Assembly (NCBI GenBank): GCA_046563655.1
Contig: CM102286.1
Span: 3,472,001-3,536,000, forward strand
DNA: 64,000 nt
Reading direction: 5' to 3'
Source: Yuukianura sp. NJ FZ-2021
Lineage: Eukaryota
Positions 11,029-22,520 of the stretch are shown here, piece by piece. Each line of letters opens with the position of its first letter. Within the stretch, counting starts at the first letter, position 1. The notes under the pieces were generated by a model. That model worked only from the letters and a program-made list of their open reading frames with translations, made no database searches and had not been told where the DNA came from. The translations under genes and the position numbers were made by a program.

Positions 11029-12214
11029 CTTGACAGGTCAGGACTAGGGTTCACAGTCCGTCCGAAGTTATTCCAAACGTTAGCTGTAGAAACATTAGAT
11101 TCACAAATTCATTGTTAATTTTGAATTTTAACCAATAAATGAAATAAATCTAGAAGAGAATTAAACGAAAAACAGCCACAACAAAAGTACATAAATTCCA
11201 GAATTACAAGAAGCTTACCATAAAAATCTCACCCGAGAACAACCGTAGAGAGACTAACAAAAATTAACTGCTTTCCGCTTACGTAGTTAACTACTTAGAA
11301 CTTCAATTAATCAATACATACAATGACATAACTAATTTCGCAATTTGAAATTGTTTTGTTTTTTATTGAACTTGACTTGAACATTGACATTGAATTTATT
11401 TGATACATTTTTTTATAAAAATTTCTTTATGAATTATGAATTTCGCGCTCTTTTCTCGGAGAAAGTTTTTCAGCGTCCTTTTCTTATCGAAACAGAATTT
11501 TTTTTTGTGGAAATGTTCAATTTATTCGACTTTTTTTTTAGTAGAGGAGGTCAATCTATTATAGTAACAACCAAAAAATAATTGCTTTATTTTTTGAATT
11601 CGACAATGTGTAATGTAAAACTGGAAAACAGAAACTTTTTTAATTTTCATGTCCAACTTTAGTCGCTTTTAGTTTTAATCTAGTTATCAAAGTAAATGAT
11701 AAAGGATATGAGCCGAACATAACCTTTAAATTTTTAATAATTTATTACAGGAAAATTATCTACTCTGACTATTTCCATCAAACTACATTTTGTCGCATTA
11801 AAAATTTTCGAAATTTTTGAAATGTAAGCCAACTCAGGACTCGGACTTACAAACAAATGATTGACTTGTGTTAACGAAATTTACATAGCTCGATATTTTG
11901 GTTACACTTACGCAGAGCTTATTTATACAATGCTAGTTTAAGTAAAAATTTTAAAATGTTAAATAATATTATTTATAAGCAGGTACATTTCTAAAGGCCT
12001 AGTTTTTTTTTTAAAAAGCACATATTGAAACATTGAGGTAAAGCAAAACAATAAATTTGTAATAAAATGTGAGCTTATGTATTAGTATAATTTGTGCACG
12101 CACATATTTTTAGTCGTGTCAAGAGTATTTTTGCACTAGTGCAAGGAATTTCAGAGATGTAAACCACAATTTCCACAAAGAAGCTAAGCAACCGATGAGA
12201 CTATCGATTTTCTG

Positions 12215-13868
12215 TCAATTCTCATCTTCGGTATATAATTCAGCCGGTAAAGGTGAAGATCCGTTTGACATGCTCACTGCTTCCAAATATGAAGGAGCTG
12301 AAATATGTTAAGCTATTTTGGAATATTTCTCAAATCGTATTTCAAAATAAAAATAGTGCTATTTTCAGAACATAATTTTATTTTGTAAAATCGAGTGAAC
12401 TATGACTTACGAATGTCTCCACCATCATCACCCAGTGTATCGCACAGGGCTGGTGCACTGGGTTGATAAATGCTTCCACCCACAGCACCTTCCAGTTCCA
12501 GTTGCGGTGGTTGGTCACCGGTACGCCTTTCGCGTAGACTGCTTGTGCGCAATTGAATTTGGCGCAACGGAACGGTTCCAATGATCACCGGAAATCTCCC
12601 GACTGTAACCGCAAGCATGGCGTTTTGCAGTTGGATTTTAATCTAAAAATACAAATTGAAAATTTCTTAAATCGTGTTTTTCAGGTTTCAAATTTTTTCT
12701 AAAATATTTACCAAAACAAAGTACTTGACGGCGATCAGGTATGAGCTGTGTTGCGTTGAAGGTAAAGTCTGTGACGGAATCTCCAGACTGGCAGTTAGGT
12801 GACCCTGCTTTCCCCACCTAGGGGGAACCGCATCACATCGGCTCAAGACCTCTGACTCTGTCAATGTACCTGATGGGCAAGCGTAAGTCGTTTCCTGTTA
12901 AATTACAATTAAAATTAATTAAGTCGAAGTTAATTAATTAACCTAATAAATATTACAAACTTACGCTTGTAAGTTCCACAAAAACATTCTGGATTGGGAG
13001 TCCCTCCGGGTAGATTATTTGCATTGATAGTTTGATCAATTCTCCGGGAACGTAGCCTTGCGTTGGAATTTGAACCGTCGTGTTGATCAATCCGAACTGT
13101 TGTTTTTTGCTTGACCGAACAATGGAAGATTTCATCGGAATCAATTTCTCAAAGGAAAAGTACGAATTGAGTCCAGCGAGGGAATGCAAATTCAAATCCT
13201 GAGAATTTATGACACGAAAGATGACTTTTGAGGAACATTCTGTCGGGTAGTAGAAGTGACCAATCGAAAACGAGGTCACAGCTTCGTAGTGAACGGCGCC
13301 CAAAGAGCTGAAGAAACTGGATGGTAGGAATGCAGGAAGTTCAAACTGAAATGGAAATCCATTGTGTCCTGGTGCAATTTCAACCGAATCTGAATCTATT
13401 AAAAAACGTAAAATTATTGCTAATTTTCTAACATACTAGCTTAACCTAACTTAACTTTGAGTTTAATTGCTAATTAACTCTAGATTACCTTCAGGGGTTA
13501 GGTAAATCTTCGTCTGTAAATATACTTCTTGCCCAACACTGTTTCGCCTGTTTGCCCAAACTAAGGATGACGTACCCGGTGCAGTTTTCGTAATTTTTCG
13601 GCCCTCCAAGTTCGTTTTTGAAAATCCATCAAAAGAAATTGCAATTCCTGAAAATATTTTGGTTCAGTTTTGCAACATTTTGCAAATTCTAGAAATATTG
13701 TTTTTTAAATGGGAATTTAAAAAAAAAATATATCTTACTTTCTCTTAGACGTAGCGATGCGTCTGTTCCGTTGATGACAATCACTTGACCTCTCATGACC
13801 TCGCCAGAAAAGTAGACTTGCTTCTGCAGCAAAATTTGTGTTCTGAAGCGTAAATGTGACATGTCCAT
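12215..13868 (-). CDS. Alpha-arrestin (arrestin domain-containing protein), copy 2
   Basis: This is a paralog of 6482-8365 with the same exon layout: MDMSHLRFRTQILLQKQVYFSGEV, KVIFRVINSQDLNLHSLAGLNSYFSFEK (identical in both), GYVPGE, RFPVIIGTVPL, APSYLEAVSM. Confidence 0.88.
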
Positions 13869-14043
13869 TTCAAACAAAACTTAAAACTTCTCCTTTTGTA
13901 TTGGAAAAAACACAGCAATGTTGCTGCTCACTTTCCCTCCGGTTGTTGCCTACTAACTGAAGTCGGTTTCTGTTTGGCGAAAGTGAAAAAATCAATGTTC
14001 CCGAAAGTTTGCGGCGCATAAACCGGGTCATCTGAGCACGAGA

Positions 14044-14059
14044 AAGTAAACATTGACGT
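14044..14059. promoter_or_regulatory. Forkhead + CRE-like composite motif upstream of arrestin copy 2
   Basis: AAGTAAACATTGACGT is identical to 8506-8521, in flanks that show little other similarity by eye. Confidence 0.55.
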
Positions 14060-15436
14060 ACAAACTCTAGCGAAAGTCATAGCTACTCACTTTCTTCCCG
14101 GAAAAATCAATTGTCTTGCTGCGCAGATACTTGAATGACTCAAACTGATCGTGTCTCGGTTTACTTTTTGCAAGAATTGCGTCACTAGACCGCTTTAGTT
14201 TACTTTCTCTCACAAACTTACGTCAAGTCACATGTTGCTCTTTAGTGAAAAGGGAAAGTGTCTGTTTTAGAGAAACTATTTTTGGAAAAAGTCGTAGTTT
14301 TTCGTTTCCCAAAATAGGAAATTCAATAAACCTTACAAGGGTTTGACGCTTCTATTTTTAGTCCTCCTTTCTAACAAGGTACAAAAAGAATCTAAAAAAC
14401 GAAACCAAAATTTTATCTTTGGCTAGTTTCCCACTTTCCACTTTACAAAATAAACTTGGAATGAGTCAAGGCTTGTGTGATAGATGTGATATGCATCCTG
14501 TTTAGATTTTAGATGTCATTGGAGTCCAATGCCAAAGTGGTTTGATTGGGGATTATGAACCTCCGGAAGTTCAGAATATGCATTCCAAAATTGCTGATTG
14601 TTCGCTATAATTGTGCGTTTTCGTGAATAAATTTTTTTTTCATCGCCTGCTAAAATATCACAGCGTCCTGCCAAAACCTTTAAAAAGATAAACTCCAAAA
14701 TAAAAACTTGTTCATTCAGTTTATTGGTTTTCGAAATTTCAAGATTTGTCATACTTTCTTTTAATTTTCTCCTATAAATGTAAAAAAAGGCGTTTCGAAA
14801 TAAAGCATTCGTTTAGAACTTCAAATAATTAAAATTAGCGTCTACGTGCTTTCTTCATCTCGATTAAGAGTGTAAATCCGGAATTTTGACGGATTCTTCC
14901 AAATCCGGATTTTGAAAACATAGAGTCCGGATTTTTAGTGCCATTAGAGAGTATGGAAAATTAGGAAATCCCAACAATCAGATTACTATGTACTTCACAG
15001 TTCACAAATCCTAAACTATCCTGACTGCATTCGCCTCATTGTCGATAACTACTTGACCTACGGATGGGAAAGATATTTGCACGTACGCATGCTCTAACCA
15101 TGCTAGTTTAAGCGAAAATGGATTCCTGGCAGCATTCCCAGAAGAAGTCGACTTCTTTCGATATTCACACGAATAGGGACACGATTGAGTATCTCAGTTT
15201 TGTACAAATTATGGAATTTAGCAAACTCGCAGTAGCATACCTCGTTGAACTTGGTCAACCGCAAACTGATTAAGAAAACGCTTAATTTTAGAAAATAAAA
15301 TAAAAGTACTGGGACATTGAAAAAAAATGAAACAAATGTGCAAAAGGCACAAACCGAACTATATTGTCACCAATTAGTAAGTCAAATCAATTAGAATAAA
15401 ACAACTCCAAGTATCTTTACAAGTATGAAGAGAGTT

Positions 15437-16154
15437 TTAGGCGTAGACAACTTCCGTGACTCTAAAATCCCCGTAAAAGTTGAAATGTGAGACTTCATTC
15501 TTGTTCACACGATGAGCATAGCGAGCGTATAGAAGTCCATTGAAGTAAATCTAAAACACAAAGCAGGAATATTACGCAGTTGACCTCCATTTAAGTTATA
15601 ATAATAATAACAATGTAATAATAATACTGTAAACTCACAACGTATTCGAAGCTTTCACATTTGATCTTGATTTCGTTGGTACCGTCGTAGTTCACTGGAA
15701 ATGCTGGGTGAACGCGCTGCTCCTTACCCCAGCCGGCCATACCTTCGCCTTTGTTTGTATTCAAAACTACGATATCATTGTCCAACCTTGCCTGAATATG
15801 GAGGGCGGCTCCACATTCTGGTGCGTCGTGCTTCGATGTCATCATTTCCATTTCGTTCAAAAACGTTATGGCAAACCTAGGTGTACGAAAATAGACAAAC
15901 CAGAAACCAGAATTTACTACAAATCAAGCATATTATGTTTAGAAATGAACTGTTCAGTCCGACTCCAGCTGACAAACATAACCATAACCAACTGATAAGG
16001 TTTCAGAATAACGTTTCATGTTTTATTTTAACATATACCACGACCACATTGGTACAACTTACCAAGCATTACAATGCAGCGGTTTCCCACGGATAGTCAA
16101 ACTTCGTCCATCTCCGAACCCATGTGGCAGAGGACTCGTGAACGGAAGTTCCAT
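15437..16154 (-). CDS. Single-CRD (proto-type) galectin
   Basis: Three exons: MELPFTSPLPHGFGDGRSLTIRGKP / FAITF..ALHIQARLDNDIVVLNT..WGKEQR / IYFNGLLYARYAHRV..FYGDFRVTEVVYA*. These carry the galectin H-x-x-x-R, V-x-N and WGxExR motifs. Confidence 0.88.
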
Positions 16155-18565
16155 TGTTTCGTACGGTACTGGCCGTCCCACGGATCAGACTTGACAGCGA
16201 CAGCACAACGATACTTGCAAAAAAAAGAGGTTACTATGCAGATTAGTTAGTAAAGTTCCACCTGTTACTGGCTTTTTACGGGGGAGGGAATAGGGATGAC
16301 CCGCATTGTCTGAAAAGACATTATAACATTATAACTACCTTGTGCTAAATCGTATAAACTAACCCCGGTGACCCGTCAACGTCTAAACTTCTGTTTTCGT
16401 TGAAAAAAATGAAGATGATTGATTAAAACATCAGCAGCAGCACGACGGACACGCACGCGGTACTTTGTTGATGCTTGCCATATGCCGTGCACCCCAGTCA
16501 ACCCCGTGCCTACCACTAATGTGTACAAACATTAGTATACTAAGTACTAGTATCAATGTGTGCATAAATGGAATTGTAAAGTATTTCTGAAAGTTTGTAG
16601 GGTCCTTCCTAATTAACTACATTAGTCGTGTAGCTGTAACCACGCCATAGTCACTACCGGCAGAATGGCGGAGATAGGGGTGACTGCATACTGTGGTTAC
16701 AGCGTTCTGCTTTGTCCTGAAGTAAACCTCTTCTCCTTATCTGAAGAGTGGGTAGCGCGCTCTACTGCCTATCAAATTCGGAGGGAATTCTTACCTTTAG
16801 TAATAGTAACTCTCCTTATCCGCATGAATGTTAATTTCTAAAATTATGGTTCGTGCTTTATTCGAAAAAAATATCGGCGATAACGCAGCGAACATGATTT
16901 AACTAACTAAACTATTAAATCCTAGACTTAAATGCATGTTTTTTTTCTGCTTGGATCGTGTTTTTTTAAGAGCAGGAAGCAATTGTTATTGTATGTAAGC
17001 GCTTATAGAGGAATTTCGAAAGTTTAATTGCCTGTTGCATTTCCATCAACGAAATTCATAACAAATAAACCACGATCTAAAACTTAATTCTTGTTGGTAT
17101 TTTATATACTTTACTTTATGGTATTTTATAGAACGGTCTAGTTGGCATAAAAAGTAAACGCAAAAAGTTGCTGCAACGAAAATTATTTTCCATACAATTT
17201 CCCATTTAGTGTTTCTTGCAAGGTCGTTCTCACAAATTACACCGTACCTTACGTTTGACTTTGTTCTAAAACGATTATGCCCGATATTTTGAATGTTATG
17301 TTGAATAAATAATTATTGCCACTAATTAACTATAGTTACCAGCATTTTGTAATTCCCATGACCAACAAGTCCGGGTTCTGGGCCATGCCAAGCTTTGCAT
17401 TGCATTGCACGAGATGGGATTTGAGATGATTGAAATGTAGTGGGAAAAACAGCATGTAACCCCAATCGCATTCAATCCAAAATTCTCATGGGGCCAAACT
17501 CCTTTACCGTTCTTAAGCGGACAAATTGGAATTGTATTTTTTTTAATAATTTGAAACCTCGCAGGGATCGAATCCTTTAGTAGAAATTACGCTAATAGCT
17601 AGTGTATGACCGGGTTTTGAACAAAGCCCCCAGCATAAAATCTCAGCACGATTGTTTTATAATGACGAATAAAGTATTGTCGAAGTAAGGGAATAACTTC
17701 GCTTAGATAACTTTGGTTAGGAAGGTTCGATTGTGTGGTTAGGAAGAAACAAGGTTTATGTGGAAGTAAGGTAATAAACTTCTTTTAGTCAACTCCTTTG
17801 TGTGTCGTAATACAATTTCATTTTGTCGAAACGGCACGGTTAATGTAAATAAGTTAAATAGTAAAGATAAATTTTAATTGCGTTGATTAACTATCGGCAC
17901 GATACTCTAGAAAGCTCAAAAATATTGACATAATTTTGTTTTTAAATTGCTTAAAAACATTTACTTTAATTTAACATTTAAGGCATGGGAAATTATAAAT
18001 ATTTAGCAGCAAAAACAAATATAAAGTACCAGAGGTGGCGGCGGTATCCAATGCCGACTTAAAAAAAACTAGTAATTCATGACGTCATCGTGGGAAAATA
18101 GTACAATGAATTTTTTGGGATTACTAGTATTTTATTTACTTTATAAGCACGTGACAAATCAATGACAATAAAAATGTTTCATATGTTTACAATCCAGTTG
18201 AATAGAATTCCTTTTGGAAAATATAAGTTATTCCAGGTAAACTATAGTCCTATACAACATTCGATGGAACGCGAAATTTTTAGTTTTTAGACACTGCACA
18301 GTCGCAGCCAACTAACTTTAACAAAACCTCTTCTCATATACCCGATCGCAGCATCTTTATTAAAACACATCCTTGAAGTTAAAATGCATGCGAAGATCTT
18401 ACAGTTTGATATGAGAGTTTTGTTCCAGCTCAACTTAAAGACTGGCTGTAATTGCAATTTGCCCTTCGTAACTGGAGTCGATTGTTCCAGAAGGCCTAAA
18501 AACCTATTGTTATTTCTGTTTTGTAAAAAAGTTGACCTTACAAGATCAACAATTCGAAAGTTGCC

Positions 18566-21007
18566 ATGTATTTACGGAGCCAGTTACCGCTGATTCGGTC
18601 ATACCTGGTCCAGTCAATCATAGTTGTTAATTTTCTTTACCTTTTAATACATTACGCGGATACCATAATTTCGCTAACAGTAAATTCTGATAAGAGAAAC
18701 GACTACGCAACGTTATCCACACAAAACCAAAACTCTTCTTTTGATTACATAGTTGGTAAGAATTTACCATTAATTTACTCTAAAACGTTACAAAATCACT
18801 GCGGTGATAAATTTATGTTTCGTACAATGTAGTTGGAGCGGGTTCAGCGGGATCGATTGTTGCTAGTCGACTAGCAGAGAATGCTTCGATTAACGTTCTG
18901 TTGTTAGAAGCCGGTGGAAAACCAAGTCCAGTTACACAAATGCCTACGCTTGGTTTCATTCTGAATTTTCGAGCGACATCATGGAGGTATCGCACAGTAC
19001 CACAAAAGAATGCCTCTAGGGGTCTCAATGGCCAGGTTAATCCTAAGTTAACGAATTCGTATATTATCCAACGTTATATTCATTTATGTTATTGCCGCCA
19101 CTTTAATGATTATCGTGTATCTGTATTAGATTGTTCATTGGCCTGGCGGAAAAGGTTTGGGCGGATCTTCTTTAATAAATGCCGGGATATTCATCCGTGG
19201 AAATATTCAAGGCTATGATTTAATGGCAAAGAGGACAGGAGATCCAATATGGAAATCCGAAAACATTTTAGAATTTTATAAGAAAGTGGAAGCATATAAC
19301 GGCCTTTTTGATAAAGGTACATAAAGGTGTAATGGACACCGTTGCAAACCACAAAGCCTAACTACACAACATTATGTTTCACTCATTGCAGATATGCATG
19401 GTAAAAATGGAGATTTGAACATTGAAGCACCAGCGGTTGTACCGCTAACTAAAATTTTGCTGGAAGCGGGAGAGGAGCTGGGGTACCGGACAAGAGACCC
19501 TAATGCCAAAGATGTTCTCGAAGAAGGTACAAATTTTCTTAAAATGATAAATAAATTTGAATACTGTAAAACAAAGCGATTTGGTTGTGAAGGATTTGCC
19601 CAAATCGAGTCGTACACTAGGTTTGGCAGACGGGCAGATACATACCACGCTACGTTAAAGAAAAATTTGCACAGAACAAATTTAGTGGTACGAAAATATT
19701 CTTTTGTAACAAGACTACTATTTCGTCCCGATGTGCAAAACGAAGTTATTGGTGTTGAATACGAACGGCATGGAAAAACATACACTGCAACAGCTACGAA
19801 GCAAACAATTTTATGTGCCGGTAGTCTGTCGACACCTAAAATCTTAATGTTGTCCGGAATAGGACCAAAGAAACATCTTGAGAAAATGCAGGTAAGTCCA
19901 TTGAAGTTTTCTTCAGTAAGTATTTCTAACACTTTTTCATTTCTTACACTTTATTTTCTAGATACCAGTACGAGTAGATTTACCAGTAGGCCGAAGGTTA
20001 CAAGATAAATACGGAGCTTTAGTAGGCCCCTTCATCGTCCCGGAAGGCTACTCCTTCAATTTTGAACGTGATGTGAACATCTCAAGTATTTATGATTGGA
20101 TAGTACATGGAGGTGGTTTGCTCAACTCTGCCAGAGCTGAAGCCACTTTTTCAGTTTTGAGTGACACTGCAAAACGGACGGGAGATACCTACGCTCCGAA
20201 TGTTCATAGCTACATCTTGTCTCAGACGCCTATCAGTCCAGAAACCGTCTTTGGATTAAGTTTTAACTTTAACCAAGTCAGCTTAGACTACATGTCCAGA
20301 TCAGTCCAATATGGCGACGGATTTTTTCAGCTCGTGACGATGAGTCGGTCCGTTGGAACGGGAACGTTACAACTTCGAGATAATAATCCACATACTCCTG
20401 TGGAGATTGATCCAAAATACTTGCAAAATCAACTGGATATGAGAACATTGGTAGAAGGTAAGCCATTTTCAATAAAACGAGAATGGATCTGTCAATCCTC
20501 TAAAATTTTATTTTTGTACGCAGGGATAAGGTTCTCGGTGGACGTTATTGAGAAAACAAAGGCTATGCAATCCATTAATGCTCATTTGTTCCGAGAGCCA
20601 TTTCCTGGTTGCGAAAGTCATCACTTCAAATCGGATGCTTATTACGAGTGTCTTGCACGACATACTACAATAAGTGCCTACAAGTACTGCGGTACTGCTC
20701 CCATAGGGACCAGCGATGACCCAGAGGCAGTCGTTGACTCCAGGTTTCGGTAATAAAATTTCTGTTTTTATATATTTATTCACTTATACTTTATTTACAT
20801 AATTTAAAAATAAGTATCGTGTTTAGAACATCTTGACAAATGTTATATACCAATTTTACTATTTCCACTTTCAGTGTTTTGGGTACGAAGGGTCTTCGCG
20901 TCATTGATGGATCGCTATTGAGAATCAATGAAGTCAATACAAATGATGTAACAATGCGCATGGTTGGAGAACTCGGCGCCTCCGTACTCAAAATGGATTG
21001 GACATGA
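18566..21007 (+). CDS. GMC oxidoreductase (glucose dehydrogenase-like), copy 1
   Basis: FDYIV|VGAGSAGSIVASRL, VLLLEAGG, WPGGKGLGGSS, ILCAGSLSTPKILMLSGIGP, DPEAVVDSRF and GLRVIDGS are present, with an N-terminal hydrophobic segment and about 8 exons. Confidence 0.93.
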
Positions 21008-22520
21008 TATTTAGAAAGAAAGTTGGGCAAATTGTTTTGTTTTCACAATCTACACTGTTTGTTACACTGCTTTCAAGACGTCACTATTCTTTTCTCCACA
21101 TTATGGCATTAATAGTAATTTTAATAATAATAATAACAAATTAGAAACTATTGTTAATTTTCAAATATATATGAAATTAATTTGAGTTCGTTCTGTCAAA
21201 TATGTGATACCGAGAAAAAGTATAGGAAACTGTTGTTTTATAAAACATATTAACGATCAATGTTACTCGATGCTTAAACTTCCTTTGGCTTAATGCCACT
21301 TCCACTTTTTATCCAGTGAAAGAATTTGTGAATTTCATTAGTTTTTCACACCTTTTCACAAAAATCTCAAAATATTTACTTAAATAATTAGTTTATTTGT
21401 AGATATTTTGTATTTTTGTTTTCTTCAAAATATTTTTTTATAAATATAAAAATATTTTCTATTTAAAAAAATATTTCTGTCGTGTATAAAATTAGTGTCC
21501 CCTGTCAAGTGTCAACCATAGTTATTAGCATTGTGTAATTCCCAGGACGCAAATTTCCTGAAAATGTCCAAGAACAGAATACAATAGTTAATTTTCCACG
21601 AAACAAATCTAGACCTGACAGGTTTTATTGCGCAAAAGAAACGTCGCATGGTAGGTCGTTTATGTTTTTTACTAAAACCGGTTCTTCAAAAAAAATTAAT
21701 AACAACCTTTTAAAAACTGGTTCAACACGTACAATATAGTGCTTAATCCTCGTCGGCAGTTTAGCAGAAGGCGTTACCACCTAAAAGCTGCTAACAACTG
21801 GAAATGTTATGGATGGAATTCACCTAAACAAGTAAATCTACAAACGTCACTTTACGGAGATCTTGTGATGATCCTAGGATACGACTTCCAAGGAAACAAA
21901 AATCGAAAACGAAATTAAAAATGAGGTTAACCGTATATATTCTAACTCAGGGCTAAACCAATTAACTGGTATCCCATTTTTTGTAGAGGCAGTCACAAAT
22001 CTTATTCATTTACGTCACGATTTATAGCAGTCATCGCACTAAAAGCCTTGATTGTGTTCAGAATCAGGTTGACTAAAAATTGTTTTTGAAAATAAAAGTC
22101 ATGCATTTAAGCGTCGCATTCACACTTGAAGTTTTTTGGTAGAATTGTTTTCGTGATTCAATTCCAGGTAAAGTACTCCGCATTCCGTTGGATGGCAATA
22201 AAACGCAAAATTTTACTTTTTTTTGACTTACTTTACTTACGCAAACACCTTACAAAACTTACTTCTCCTGTCCTGTACCATATCACAGCATCTTCATTAA
22301 AACACTTCCTTCAAGTTAAGATGACAAAACAAACGCGTGCAAAGATGTTGGCAGTTTGACGTGAGAGTTTGGTTCCAGTTCAACTAAAAGACTGGTTTTA
22401 ATTGCATTTTTCACTTCCCCAACTGGAGTCGGTTGTTGCACACGGACTAAAAGAGTTGATTTTGATTTTTGCCGTGCCATATAGAGTTGACCTTACAAGA
22501 TCAACAGTTCCAAAGTTGCC

